A stretch of 64,000 bases of DNA from an uncultured Candidatus Rokubacteria bacterium (GTDB lineage Bacteria; Methylomirabilota; Methylomirabilia; Rokubacteriales; CSP1-6), in NCBI GenBank assembly GCA_963789955.1, contig CAWBMV010000034.1:832001-896000 (forward strand), in the 5' to 3' direction. Each line of letters begins with the position of its first letter. Position 1 is the first letter of the stretch. This document shows, in pieces, positions 29,317-41,967 of this stretch. The notes below the pieces were generated by a model. It searched no databases and was not told the DNA's origin. It saw only the letters and a list, made by a program, of their open reading frames with translations. Made by a program: the position numbers and the translations under genes.

Positions 29317-30642
29317 ATGCCCTCCCGCTATCTCGAGCCGCGTCTGGAGCGTGCGTCACGCGCCGAGATGACGCGGGTGCAGACGCGGCGCCTGCGCGAG
29401 CAGCTGGCCCACGCCGCGGCGCACAGCCCGTTCTACCGGCGCAAGCTCAAGACCGCAGGGATCAAGCCCGCGGCGATCCGGACGCTCGGCGATCTGGCCG
29501 AGCTGCCCTTCACGACCAAGGACGAGCTGAAGGACAACCAGGCCGAGAAACCGCCGTGGGGCGACGTCCTCGCGGTCGCCCTCGACGACGTGCTCCGCAT
29601 CCACATGACCTCGGCCACGACCGGCCGGCCTCTCGCGTTCCTCGACACGCGCGACGACTGGTACGGCTTCTATCATTCCTATGCGCGCGCGCTCCACGCC
29701 TTCGGCGTGCGAAAGTCCGACTTCGTGATGGCGGCCTTCTCGTACGGCCCGTGGATCGGCTACTGGTCCGGCTTCTACGCGGCGCAGGATCTCGGCTGCC
29801 TCGTCTTTCCGGTCGGCGGTCTCTCGACCGACCAGCGGATCGACGCGCTGCTGAACTATCCGATCACGGTGCTCGGCTGCACGCCGTCCTACGCCCTCTT
29901 TCTGGGCGAGGCCGCGGCGAAGAAGGGCATCGACCTCGCCAAGGACACGAAGGTCCGGATCACCTGGCACACCGGCGAGCCGGGCGCGTCCATCCCCGCG
30001 ACCCGGGCGAAGATCGAGTCCGCGTTCGGCGCCAAAGCCTACGACCTGCCGGGGCTGACCGAGATCGCGGCGTGGGGGTTCGAGTGCGAGGCGCGCGCGG
30101 GATTGACCCACGTGAACGAGGACTACTGCTACCCCGAGGTGCTCGACGAGCAGGGGCGAGCGGTCGAGCCCGGCGAGCGCGGAGAGCTCGTCTTCACGAG
30201 CCTCTATCGCAAGGCGATGCCGCTCCTGCGCTATCGGACGCGCGACATCGTCCAGCTGGCCGACCGGCGGTGCCCCTGCGGGCGCACCCTGGTCGCGTTC
30301 GAGGGCGGTGTGCTCGGGCGGCTCGACGACATGAAGAAGATTCGCGGCGTGATCGTCTACCCGCGCCGCGTCGAGGAGCTGGTGCGGCCGCACGCGGACG
30401 TCGACGAGTTCCAGATCGTGTTCCGGCGCCATGAAGGTCTCGACGACATCTTGATCCGCATCGATCCCTCGCCGTCGCTCTCGCTCGGCGACCGCGGCGG
30501 GCTCCAGGCGAAGCTCACCGAGGATCTCAGGATCGGGCTCGGCATCCGCGTCACCGTCGACGTCGGCGAGCCTGGATCCTTGCCGCGCTGGGACCACAAG
30601 GCCAAGCGTGTGCGCGACGAGCGAACGGAGGTGCCGTTTTGA
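29317..30642 (+). CDS. Phenylacetate-CoA ligase (PaaK)-family AMP ligase
   Basis: LPFTTKDEL, TSATTGRP, TPSYAL, PLLRYRTRD, GRLDDM. Confidence 0.85.
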   Translation: MPSRYLEPRLERASRAEMTRVQTRRLREQLAHAAAHSPFYRRKLKTAGIKPAAIRTLGDLAELPFTTKDELKDNQAEKPPWGDVLAVALDDVLRIHMTSATTGRPLAFLDTRDDWYGFYHSYARALHAFGVRKSDFVMAAFSYGPWIGYWSGFYAAQDLGCLVFPVGGLSTDQRIDALLNYPITVLGCTPSYALFLGEAAAKKGIDLAKDTKVRITWHTGEPGASIPATRAKIESAFGAKAYDLPGLTEIAAWGFECEARAGLTHVNEDYCYPEVLDEQGRAVEPGERGELVFTSLYRKAMPLLRYRTRDIVQLADRRCPCGRTLVAFEGGVLGRLDDMKKIRGVIVYPRRVEELVRPHADVDEFQIVFRRHEGLDDILIRIDPSPSLSLGDRGGLQAKLTEDLRIGLGIRVTVDVGEPGSLPRWDHKAKRVRDERTEVPF

Positions 30643-31667
30643 AGGCAGCCCTCTTCAGGGAGCACGGCGGCGCCGAGAAGATTCTGTTCGAGGACTATCG
30701 CGACCCGGTGATCGGGCCCGCCGAGGTTCTCGTCCGCGTGCGGGCCTGCGCGCTCAATCAGGTGGACATGCTGCTGCTCGACGGTCGGTTCCCGCCGCCC
30801 GAGGGCTTGCCCCACGTGAACGGATGCGAGGTGACCGGGACGGTCGAGGCGACCGGGCCTGGAGTCATCGGGCTCGCGCGCGGCCAGCGCGTGATCATCT
30901 TCCCGGGATTTTCCTGCGGGAGCTGCGAGTACTGCCTGCTCGGCGAGCGGACCGTGTGCGTCCGGTATGGCTATCTCGGCGCCCACAAGGACGGCGGCTA
31001 CGCCGAGCTGGTGAAGGCGCCCGCCGCCAACGTGCTGCCGCTGCCCGACACGATTCCATTCGAGGCGGGCGCCGCGGTGCCGCTCGCCATGCTCACCTCG
31101 TGGCACGCGCTCGTGGCGCAGGCCGAGGTCAGACCCGGGCAGACCGTGCTCGTCCAGGCCGCGGGCAGCGGCGTGGGCAGCGCGGCGATCCAGATCGCGC
31201 GCCTCTGTGGCGCCCGCGTCATCACGACTGTCGGCTCCGACGACAAGATCGACTTCGCCAAGGCGCTCGGCGCCGAGCACGTCGTGAACTACCGCACGCA
31301 GGACTTCGTCGAGGAGACGAAGAAGTGGACCGGCAAGCGCGGTGTCGACGTGGTGGTGGAGCACATCGGCGGCGAGACCCTCGAGCGCTCGGTCTATGCG
31401 CTGACCCGGCTCGGCAAGCTCGTCACGATCGGTTCGCACGACACCCACTGGGGCCGGCTCGACCTGCGCCACGTCTATTCCAAGAACCTCCGGATCCTCG
31501 GCACGAATCTCGGATCGATCGTCGAGCTGAGGACCGTCCTCGACCACGTCGTCCAGGGAAAGCTGCGGCCGGTCGTCGACCGCGCGTTTCCCCTCAAGGA
31601 CGCGCGCGCCGCCGTGCAGCACGTGCTGGATCGCAAGAACAAGGGGAAGGTCCTCCTGGTCTCGTGA
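30639..31667 (+). CDS. Zinc-binding MDR dehydrogenase/reductase
   Basis: Structural Zn CGSCEYC..C, AAGSGVG, GKVLL. Confidence 0.85.
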   Translation: MKAALFREHGGAEKILFEDYRDPVIGPAEVLVRVRACALNQVDMLLLDGRFPPPEGLPHVNGCEVTGTVEATGPGVIGLARGQRVIIFPGFSCGSCEYCLLGERTVCVRYGYLGAHKDGGYAELVKAPAANVLPLPDTIPFEAGAAVPLAMLTSWHALVAQAEVRPGQTVLVQAAGSGVGSAAIQIARLCGARVITTVGSDDKIDFAKALGAEHVVNYRTQDFVEETKKWTGKRGVDVVVEHIGGETLERSVYALTRLGKLVTIGSHDTHWGRLDLRHVYSKNLRILGTNLGSIVELRTVLDHVVQGKLRPVVDRAFPLKDARAAVQHVLDRKNKGKVLLVS

Positions 31668-33224
31668 CGCTCGGGGCCCTTCTCGCGCGCGCCGCGCTCC
31701 GCCGACCCGACGCCGAGGCCGTCGTCGACGGCCGGCGCCGGCTCACGTACGCCGAGCTGGACGCGCGCGCGACCGAGGTCGCCCGGGGCTTCGCTCGGCT
31801 CGGCGTCGCCAGAGCCGACCGCGTGCTCCTCGTTCTCCGCAACCGCCTCGAGCACGTCATCGCGTACTGGGCGCTCCAGAAGCTCGGCGCCGTCGCGGTC
31901 CCCGTCGAACTTCCGCCTGGCCGCCAACGAGCTCCGCTACGTCCTCGGAGACTCCGGCGCGAGGCTCGCGCTCTTCGAGGACTCGACCTCGGGCCCGTTG
32001 CTCGAGGCGGCCCGGGGAACGGCCACTCGTCTCGTGTTCGTCGGCGAGCCTTCGCGGGCGGCCTCCCCGGCGTCCGCCGACGTTCTGATGTTCGACGATC
32101 TGCTCACCGCGGGGAACGCCTTTGTTCCTGCCGCGCCGCCGGGCGAGAACGATCTATCGCTGATCCTGTATACGTCGGGCACCACGGGTCGCCCGAAGGG
32201 CGTGCCGCGCACGCACAAGAATCACTACGCGGGTGCGATGGCGCACGTGATCCAGTGCGGCTACGCCTGGGGTGAGCGGACCTTGGGCGTCATGCCGCTC
32301 TATCACACGATGGGGATCCACGCGCTGACCAGCATGGCGGCGATCAACGGCTGCTTCGTCTGCCAGCCGGACTGGTCGAGCGCGGGCGCGCTCGAGCTGA
32401 TCGCGAGCGAGCGGCTGACGGCGCTTTACCTGATTCCGACCTTGTTCTGGGAGCTGACGCACGCGCCCGAGCTGGCCCGGACCGATGTCTCGTCCGTGCG
32501 CAAGCTCGCGTACGCGGGCGCGCCGATGCTGGCGCCGCTCACCGAGGCGTGCGCGAAGGCGTTCAGCCCCGACGTGTTCGTGAACCACTACGGCTCGACC
32601 GAGATCTACACCTTCTCGATCCATCCGGACGTACGCGCCAAGCCGGGCTGCGCGGGGAGGCCTGGAATCCACTCGACGCTCCGGGTCGTTGCCGCCAGCG
32701 CCGAGCGGAGGGTCGGGCCCGACGAGATCACCGCGCCGGGTGTCAAAGGTGAGATCATCGCGAGCCTCGAATCGGACGAGGCGTTCGCCGGGTACTGGAA
32801 GCGTCCCGACGCCGACGCGAAGGCGCTGCGCGAGGGCTGGTACTTCACCGGCGACATGGGCTGGATCGACGCGGACGGCGATCTCTGGGTCGCCGGTCGC
32901 GTCGACGACATGATCATCAGCGGGGGCGAGAACATCCATCCGGTCGAGGTCGAGGACGTGCTCGCCCGCCATGCCGATGTGAAGGACGTGGCGGTGATCG
33001 GCGAGCCCGACGAGAAGTGGGGCGAGCGCGTGGTCGCCTTCGTCGTCCCGGGCGGCGCGCTGACCGCGGAGACCCTCGACCATCACTGCCGGGCGAGCGG
33101 CGATCTCGCGAGCTTCAAGCGGCCGCGCCGCTTCGTGTTCGTCGCCGAGATCCCCAAGACGGCCTCGGGCAAGATACTGCGGCGACTGCTGCGCGACGGC
33201 CAGTACACGGAGGTGCGACCATGA
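31664..33224 (+). CDS. Acyl/aryl-CoA ligase (AMP-binding); frameshift near 31910
   Basis: YTSGTTGRPKG, YGSTE, TGDMG, GRVDDMIISGGENI, PKTASGKI. Confidence 0.88.
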
Positions 33225-33988
33225 GCGAGTTTCTCCGAGTCGAGCGCGCCGGGGCCGTGGCGACCATCTGGATCGATCGCCAGCCCCGGATGAACACGAT
33301 GACCGTCGCGATGCGGAATGAGTTTCCCGGCATCTTCGCGGGGCTCGAGGCCGACGAGACCGTGCGCGTGGTGGTGATCCGCGGGGCCGGCGGCAAGGCG
33401 TTCAGCGCCGGCGGCGACGTGTCCGAATTTCTTCAACAGGAGCCCGCCGACCTCGAGCTGTGGGGCGATACGCTCACGGCGGCCGAGCGGTGCCGGAAGC
33501 CCGTCATCGCCGCCATCGACGGGTATACGATGGGGGCCGGCCTCGAGCTGGCGGTCGCTTGCGACTTCCGGCTGGCCACGTTGCGATCGGAGTTCGCGTT
33601 CCCGGAAGTTCGGTTGGGCATGATCCCCGGGAGCGGCGGCACGCAGCGCGCGCTGCGGCTCATCGGCATGACGCGCGGCAAGCTCTTCATGATGACGGGC
33701 CAGCGGATCTCGGCCGAGCGCGCCGAGGCGTGGGGGCTGATCACCATGGCGGTGCCGAACGACAAGCTCGACGAGGCCGTGGCCGCGCTGGCCGGCGAGC
33801 TGGCCGATCGCGCGCCGCTCGCGCTCCGGACCTTGAAGATGGTGCTCAATCGCGGTGCCGAGGCGCCCCTCGAGACCGCGCTCGAGCTCGAGCGAAAAGC
33901 GTACGCGTGGCTCCGCTCCACGCACGACTACACCGAGGGCGTGACCGCGTTCCTCGAGAAGCGGCCGCCTCGCTACACGGGGAGGTAG
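33221..33988 (+). CDS. Enoyl-CoA hydratase/isomerase family
   Basis: AFSAGGD, GAGLELAVACD, PEVRLGMIPGSGGTQR. Confidence 0.9.
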   Translation: MSEFLRVERAGAVATIWIDRQPRMNTMTVAMRNEFPGIFAGLEADETVRVVVIRGAGGKAFSAGGDVSEFLQQEPADLELWGDTLTAAERCRKPVIAAIDGYTMGAGLELAVACDFRLATLRSEFAFPEVRLGMIPGSGGTQRALRLIGMTRGKLFMMTGQRISAERAEAWGLITMAVPNDKLDEAVAALAGELADRAPLALRTLKMVLNRGAEAPLETALELERKAYAWLRSTHDYTEGVTAFLEKRPPRYTGR

Positions 33989-33991
33989 ACG

Positions 33992-34999
33992 ATGGCTCGA
34001 TCCTCGTTCGGACTGATCCTGGCCAATCGCGCCGTCGTGCTCGGCGCCGTCAAGGTGCCGGACCTCCTCGACCTCACGGCGCAGGCCGAGCGCTCGGGCT
34101 TCTTCGATGCCGTGTGGGCCGGCGACAGTCTCCTGGCCAAGCCGCGTCTCGAGTCGGTCACCTTGCTCTCGGCGCTGGCGGCCGTGACGACCAAGCTGCG
34201 CCTGGGCGTCGGCTGCATGGCGACGTTCGTCCATCGCCATCCGGTGATGCTCGCGCATCAGTGGGCGAGCCTCGACGTGCTCTCGGGCGGGCGCAGTTTG
34301 CTCGCGGTGTGCCTGGGCGGACCGAGCGAGGCGAACGCGGCGCAGGCCGCCGAGCACACCGTCATGTCCATCCCGTCCTCCGAGCGCGTGGGACGCCTCG
34401 AGGAAGGGATCGTGGTGCTGCGAACGCTCTTCGGCGGTAAGAACGTCTCGCACCACGGCCGGTTCTACTCGTTCGACAACGTGACGCTCGAGCCAAGGCC
34501 GGTGCAGCAGCCGTGTCCCATCTGGATCGCGTCGAACCCGACCGGCCTCACCTGGAAGGGCGGTGCGTCGGCTTCCGAGGCAGTCATCGAGCGCTCGTTC
34601 CGGCGGATCGCGCGCTACGCCGACGGCTGGATGACGAACAAGCTCTCGCCGGACGAGTTCCGCAAGCAGTGGGCCCGCATCGGGACGATGGCGCGCGAGG
34701 AGGGCCGCGATCCGGCCAAGCTCGGCAGCGCGCTCTACCACAACATCAACATCAACGAGGACCGCCAGAAGGGGCTCGAGGAGACCAAGGCCTTCCTCGA
34801 CACGTATTACACGTCGAAGTTCTCGCGCGAGTTCGTCGAGCAGTGGACGATCGCGGGCGGTCCCAAGCAGTGCGTGGACGAGCTGCGCGCGTACTTCGCG
34901 GCCGGCGTCGGCCACATGGCGCTGCGGTTCGGATCCTGGGATCAGGTGGGCCAGTTCAAGCGCTTCCTCGGCGAGGTGGCGCCGGTGCTCGGCGGATGA
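33992..34999 (+). CDS. LLM-class flavin-dependent oxidoreductase
   Basis: FDAVWAGDS, ASLDVLSGGR, PRPVQQP.PIWI, ARYADGW. Confidence 0.85.
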   Translation: MARSSFGLILANRAVVLGAVKVPDLLDLTAQAERSGFFDAVWAGDSLLAKPRLESVTLLSALAAVTTKLRLGVGCMATFVHRHPVMLAHQWASLDVLSGGRSLLAVCLGGPSEANAAQAAEHTVMSIPSSERVGRLEEGIVVLRTLFGGKNVSHHGRFYSFDNVTLEPRPVQQPCPIWIASNPTGLTWKGGASASEAVIERSFRRIARYADGWMTNKLSPDEFRKQWARIGTMAREEGRDPAKLGSALYHNININEDRQKGLEETKAFLDTYYTSKFSREFVEQWTIAGGPKQCVDELRAYFAAGVGHMALRFGSWDQVGQFKRFLGEVAPVLGG

Positions 35000-35677
35000 C
35001 CCTTTCGGGTGAGCTTCTGATCCGCCTGGTCGTCGGAACGGTGCTCGGCGGCGTCATCGGCTACGAGCGGAACGTCCACGGTCGGCCGGCAGGATTCAGG
35101 ACGCACCTCATCGTCGCGCTGGCGTCGACGACGTTCATGCTCGTGTCGACGCACTTCGTCTACTTCCAGCACTACACGAAGGACGATCTCGTCACCGTCG
35201 ACACCTCGCGTATCGCTGCGTCGGTCGTCACCGGAATCGGATTCCTCGGGCGGCGGCGCGATCCTCCGGACCGGTGTCGGCGTCCAGGGGCTGACGACAG
35301 CGGCCGGCCTCTGGCTGGTGGCGGCGATCGGGCTGTCCGCCGGCGCGGGCATGTACGTCGTGAGCGTCGCTGCTACCGTGGTCGGCGTGGTGGCGCTGGC
35401 GCTCCTGCGCCGCTTCGAGCACAAGGACGAACGGCTGGTGCGCCGCAAGATCTCCCTCGTCGTCACCGAGGCCGGGCCCTCGGTGCCCGCGCTCCTCGAT
35501 GCCCTCGCCGGCGTCGGGGTCGTCGTGGCGCCGGCCGACTACGATCGGCGTGCGGAAGAGAACCGCGTGCACGTGACGTTCCAGGCGCAGGTGCCCGTCG
35601 CGGGAAGCGAGCGTCTGGTCGGGCTGCTCGAATCGCAGCCCGGCCTCGAGCACGTGAGGGTCGAGCCGATCGCGTGA
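34996..35677 (+). CDS. MgtC/SapB family membrane protein (frameshift near 35250)
   Basis: GYER..RPAGFRTH, RIAASVVTGIGFLG, then GLTTAAGLW in the next frame. Confidence 0.85.
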
Positions 35678-35715
35678 GCGCCGATGCGGCGCGCGAGGAC
35701 AAGGAGGCCGGGTCG

Positions 35716-37206
35716 ATGAGCTTCGTCGACATGCGCGAGTGGATCGCACGGCTCGACAAGGAAGGCGAGCTACGACGCATCACCGCCGAGGTGAGCTGGG
35801 ACCGGGAGCTCGGCGCCATCGCGCGCCGGGTGCTGGAGAAGAAAGGGCCGGCGCTGCTCTTCGAGCGCATCAAGGGCTACGAGACCGGGCGCTGTACGAA
35901 GGTCTTCGTGAGCGGACTCGGCAGTGTCGGGCGGCTGGCGCTGTCGCTGGGCTTCCCCAAGGATGCGTCGAATCGCGACCTGGTTCAGCACGTCATGAAG
36001 CTGAATCGTCAGACCATCGCCCCGACGATCGTCGCGACCGGGCCCGTCAAGGACGTCGTCGTCCGCGGCAAGGACGTCGACCAGACCGAGTTTCCGGTCC
36101 CGAAGTGGCACTACCTCGAAGGCGGACGCTACATCCACACGTTCTCCGGCGTCGTGACGCGCGACCCGGAGACGCGCGCGATGAACGTCGGCATCTATCG
36201 CGGCATGATCGGCAAGAAGAACACCGCGCCGTTCCTGCTCATCAAGGGCGGCCAGCACTGGGGCCAGCACTTCTTGAAATACTCCGCCCGCGGCGAGCCG
36301 ATGCCCGTCGCCTGCGTCATCGGCTGGGACCCGATCATGCCGTTCCTGGCGGGCTCGCCGATCCCGACCGGCGTGTGCGAATGGGATGTGATGGGCGCCT
36401 ATCGCGGCGAGCCTGCCGAGCTGGTCCGCTGCGAGACCGTCGACCTCGAGGTTCCGGCCAGCGCCGAGATCGTGATCGAGGGGTTCATCAGCGACGATCC
36501 GGCGACGTACGAGTCCGAGGGGCCGTTCGGCGAGTTCACCGGCTACGTCTCCGACGTGCCGACGCCGCGCCCCACGATGCAGGTGACGTGCATCACGCAC
36601 CGTCGCGATCCGATCTTCCGCGGCTGCCTCGAGGGCACGTTGCCCGGCTCGTACAGCGAGAACAGCGTGATGTCGTCCGTCCAGCGCGCGGCGATCGCGT
36701 GGAACATCCTGACGGCCGCCGGGATTCCCGGGGTGCGCGACGTGTTCGTGCCGCCGATCACGAACGGCGTGAACATCGTGGTCCAGATCAAGAAGGCCTA
36801 TCAGGGTCAGCCCAAGCAGATCGCGGCCGCGCTGTGGGGCTCCAGCGCCGCGCAGTACCGCTACAAGAACGTCACCGTCGTCGAGGAGGATATCGATCCG
36901 GCCTCGTACGAGCAGGTCGACTGGGCGTTCGCGCATCGGGTCAACGCCGGCGAGGACGGCCTCGTCATCTTCCCGGGTATCTTCGGCTCGCCGATCGACC
37001 CGAGCACCCCGCCCGAGGATCGCGACGTCGCGCGGCTCGGCACCGGGCTCTGGAATCGCGTCCTGATCGACGCCACGCGCTCATGGAAGCTCGAGCGCCG
37101 CGCCGAGTGGGGCGGCGAACGCTTCCCGCCCACGGTGCGCCCGGCGGCGGAGGACGAGGCGAAGGTGCGGGCGCGCTGGGAAGAGCTCGGGCTCGGCGAC
37201 CTCTGA
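35716..37206 (+). CDS. UbiD-family prFMN-dependent (de)carboxylase
   Basis: DMREWI, GPALLFE, NVGIYR, VPASAEIVIEG, EGPFGEFTGY; AAGGAGG RBS at 35701. Confidence 0.92.
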   Translation: MSFVDMREWIARLDKEGELRRITAEVSWDRELGAIARRVLEKKGPALLFERIKGYETGRCTKVFVSGLGSVGRLALSLGFPKDASNRDLVQHVMKLNRQTIAPTIVATGPVKDVVVRGKDVDQTEFPVPKWHYLEGGRYIHTFSGVVTRDPETRAMNVGIYRGMIGKKNTAPFLLIKGGQHWGQHFLKYSARGEPMPVACVIGWDPIMPFLAGSPIPTGVCEWDVMGAYRGEPAELVRCETVDLEVPASAEIVIEGFISDDPATYESEGPFGEFTGYVSDVPTPRPTMQVTCITHRRDPIFRGCLEGTLPGSYSENSVMSSVQRAAIAWNILTAAGIPGVRDVFVPPITNGVNIVVQIKKAYQGQPKQIAAALWGSSAAQYRYKNVTVVEEDIDPASYEQVDWAFAHRVNAGEDGLVIFPGIFGSPIDPSTPPEDRDVARLGTGLWNRVLIDATRSWKLERRAEWGGERFPPTVRPAAEDEAKVRARWEELGLGDL

Positions 37207-37207
37207 G

Positions 37208-38326
37208 ATGAAGATCACCGAGATCCGCGCGATCCCGCTCGCGGTCCCGCTCCAGCAGGTCGGCCCGCCGTCGTCGTGGGCCGGCGGGGCCGGCAAGCAG
37301 ATCCTCGTTCGTGCCGCGACCGACGACGGGCTGATCGGCTGGGGCGAGGCCTTCGCCTATGGCGCGACGGAGGCGGTGTGTCACGTCATCGACGACGCGC
37401 TGGCGCCGATCGCCCGCGGGCAGGACCCGACACAGATCGAGAGCCTCGTCGATCGCATGCACCGCGCGCTGATGATCTGGGGCCGCCGCGGCCTCGCGAT
37501 GATGGCGGTGAGCGGCGTGGAGCTGGCGCTCTGGGATCTGGTCGGCAAGGCGCGCAGGCGCTCCGGTCTACGAGCTCCTCGGCGGCCTCTGCCAGTCGCG
37601 GCTCCGCGTGTACGCGAGCCTCCTTCGCTACGACACGCCGAGCCAGGTGGGACAGGCCGTCACCGGCGCGCTGGCCGCTCGGCCACACCGCCGTCAAGCT
37701 CCATCAGATCGACGTGGAGTCGGTCGTCGTGGCCCGCGAGGTCGCTGGGGACGACGTGGACATCATGCTCGACACGAACTGTCCGTGGTCGGTCGAGGAC
37801 GCGATCCGGATCGGACGACAGCTCGAGCGCTTCGATCTGCGCTGGCTCGAGGAGCCCGTGTGGCCGCCGGAAGACTATGCGGGTCTCGCACGCGTTCGGG
37901 CCGCGCTGCGCATCCCGATCGCGTGCGGCGAGAACGACGCGACGGTGTTCGGATTCCGTGAGCTGATCGCGCACGGCGCGGCCGACGTCGTGCAGCCGAG
38001 CGTGACGAAGGTCGGCGGGCTCCTCGAGATGAAGAAGATCGCGGTGCTCGCGGCCGCCGCGAACGTCACGCTGGTTCCGCACGCGTTCTACTACGGCCCC
38101 GGGCTCGCGGCGAGCCTGCACTTCGCCGCCGCGACACCCGGCGATCCCGTACGTCGAGTTCCCCGGCACGCCGCTCGTGACCTCGCTCACCGCCGAGCCG
38201 ATCCGTTCGAGCGGCGGCACCGTCAATGTCCCCGACCGGCCGGGCCTCGGCGCCGATCCCGACCCGGGCCTGCTCTCGCGCTATCCGTATCAAGCCGCCG
38301 CGGCACGGCCGTTCTATCTGACGTGA
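37208..38326 (+). CDS. Mandelate racemase/muconate-lactonizing enzyme family (several frameshifts)
   Basis: GLIGWGE, SGVELALWDLVGK, MLDTN, WLEEP, ACGEN, PDRPGLG. Confidence 0.85.
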
Positions 38327-38793
38327 GCATCGACATCGTCCGCGCGACGTCGGCCGAGCAGATCGCCACGGCGCGGATGCTCTTCAAGGAGTACGAAGCC
38401 TCGCTCGGGATCGAGCTGACGTTTCAGGGCTTCGCGCGCGAGGTCGCGGAGCTTCCGGGGGCGTACACTCCACCCGCGGGTCGCCTGTTCCTGGCGACCG
38501 ACGGCACCGAGCCCGCCGGCTGCGTGGCACTCCGACCGCTCGGCGACGGCGTCTGCGAGATGAAGCGCCTCTACGTCCGACCGACCGCGCGCGGGCGCGC
38601 GCCTCGGACGCCGGCTGGCCGAGACCGTGATCCGCGAAGCGCGCGCGATCGGCTACACGCGCATGCGGCTCGACACTCTGCCGTCGATGAAGGAAGCGTT
38701 TGCGCTCTACCAGACGCTCGGCTTCCGCGAGATCGCGCCCTACTATGAGAATCCCGATCGTCGGGACCCGCTTCATGGAGCTCGGACCTGTAG
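38323..38793 (+). CDS. GNAT acetyltransferase (frameshifted)
   Basis: [39 protein letters not shown]. Confidence 0.85.
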
Positions 38794-38812
38794 GGCGTAT
38801 ACTGCCTCGGCC

Positions 38813-40156
<1,344 letters not shown>

Positions 40157-40160
<4 letters not shown>

Positions 40161-41404
40161 CCGCGCCGCGCAAGCGGACCGCGCCGCCGCGCCGACGCGA
40201 CGGAGTGCCGCCGCCCACGCCCCCGGACACGCCGGGCCCGAGCACGCTCGCCGTGCACGCGGGCGAGCCGCGCCAGAAGCCGGGCAACGCGCTCACCACG
40301 CCGATCATGCAGACGGCGACCTACACCTTCGCCGACACCCAGGAGCTGCGGGACCACTTCGACGGCACGATCGAGCGGGACGAGTACGGGCGCTACGGCA
40401 ACCCGACCCAGCGCATCGCCGAGCCGAAGCTCGCCGCTCTCGAGGGCGCCGGAGACTGCCTCCTGGTCGCGAGCGGCATGGCCGCGATCACGACGACCTG
40501 TTCGCGATGCTCTCGCGGGGCGCTCACGTCGTGGTCACCGACGACACGTACCGCCGGACGCGGCAGTTCCTGAACCAGACCCTCCACCGTTACGGGATCG
40601 AGTGCTCGACGGTGCCGGCCGGCGACTACGACGCGCATCGAGGACGCGATCCGGCCGACGACGCGCATGCTCCTCAGCGAGTCGCCGACCAACCCGTACA
40701 ACCGCATGCTCGATCTCGAGCGCTTCGCCGAGATCGGGCGCCGGCATCGGGTGAAGACGGTCATCGACGCAACCTTCGCCACGCCGTACAACCAGCGACC
40801 GCTCGAGTAGGGCGTCGACGTCGTCGTCCACTCCGCCACGAAGTTCCTGGGCGGCCACAACGATCTCATGGCCGGCGCGGTCCTTGGCTCCCGCGACATC
40901 GTGGACGCGATGCGGGCGCTCCAGGGCGTCACCGGCGCGGTGGTCAGCCCCTTCGTGGCCTATCTCCTGGTCCGCGGCCTGAAGACCTTCGCGCTGCGTA
41001 TCGAGCGACACAATGCGACCGCCCAGGCGATGGCGGAGTTCCTCGCCGCCCATCCCCGCGTGGAGCGCGTGCACTACGCCGGGCTGGCGAGTCACCCCGA
41101 GCACGACGTGGCCAAGCGGCAGATGCGGGGCTTCGGCGGCGTCGTCTCGTTCGAGGTGCGTGGCGACCTCGTCGCGGCCTCACGGGTCGTCGACAGCTGC
41201 CGCATTCCCTGCATCGCGCCGTCGCTCGGCGGCGTCGAGAGCCTCATCGAGCAGCCCGCCATCATGAGCTTCTACGAGCTCACCACCGAGGAACGGCTCG
41301 CGGTCGGCATCAAGGACAACCTGATCCGCTACTCCGTCGGCATCGAGGACGCCGCCGACCTCATCGCCGATCTCGCCCAGGCCCTCGACCGGGCGTTCGC
41401 GTAG
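40157..41404 (+). CDS. metB: Cystathionine gamma-synthase-like PLP enzyme (frameshifts plus in-frame TAG at 40808)
   Basis: [47 protein letters not shown]. Confidence 0.8.
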
Positions 41405-41418
41405 TCGGGCGCTGCGCC

Positions 41419-41967
41419 TTGCCGTCCAGCACTCCCGTCCTCATCCTGCCCGGCTACGGCGATTCCGGGCCGGACCATTGGCAAAGTCACTGGGAGCGCG
41501 CCGATCCCGCGTTTCGTCGAGTGATCCAGGACGACTGGCTACTCCCCAAGCTGGCGGACTGGGTCGTGCGTCTCGAGGAAGCGGTGGCGGCCTGCGCGAC
41601 GCCGCCCGTGCTCGCGGCCCACAGCCTCGCCTGCTCGCTGGTTGCGCACTGGGCGACCCGTCCGGCTGCCCGCGCGGCCGGCGCGCTGCTCGTCGCGCCG
41701 GCCGACGTCGATTCGCCGGCGCACACTGCGGACGAGGTCCGCAACTTCAGCCCCGTCCCGCTGGTCCCGCTGCCGTTTCCCAGCATCGTCGCGGCGAGTA
41801 CCGACGATCCCTTCGTGACGCCGGCCCGAGCCGCCGCGTTCGCCCGCGCCTGGGGAAGCCGGCTCGTCACCTTCGAGGGCGCCGGTCACCTGAACGCCGA
41901 CGCCGGCTTCGGCCCCTGGCCCGAAGGGCGGCGGCTCCTCGCCGCGCTGACGAAGCGCGAAAGCTGA
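41419..41967 (+). CDS. RBBP9/YdeN-family alpha/beta hydrolase
   Basis: PGYGDSGPDHWQ, AHSLAC, STDDPF, GAGHLN. Confidence 0.85.
   Translation: MPSSTPVLILPGYGDSGPDHWQSHWERADPAFRRVIQDDWLLPKLADWVVRLEEAVAACATPPVLAAHSLACSLVAHWATRPAARAAGALLVAPADVDSPAHTADEVRNFSPVPLVPLPFPSIVAASTDDPFVTPARAAAFARAWGSRLVTFEGAGHLNADAGFGPWPEGRRLLAALTKRES

Noticed and set aside
34513..37206. Apparent 897-aa MgtC-UbiD fusion
   Set aside because: Caused by a frameshift in mgtC; ubiD has its own AAGGAGG and ATG at 35716
40808..40810. In-frame TAG in the metB-like gene as possible pyrrolysine or stop recoding
   Set aside because: TAG terminates many genes in this window, the position is not catalytic, and the region is error-dense
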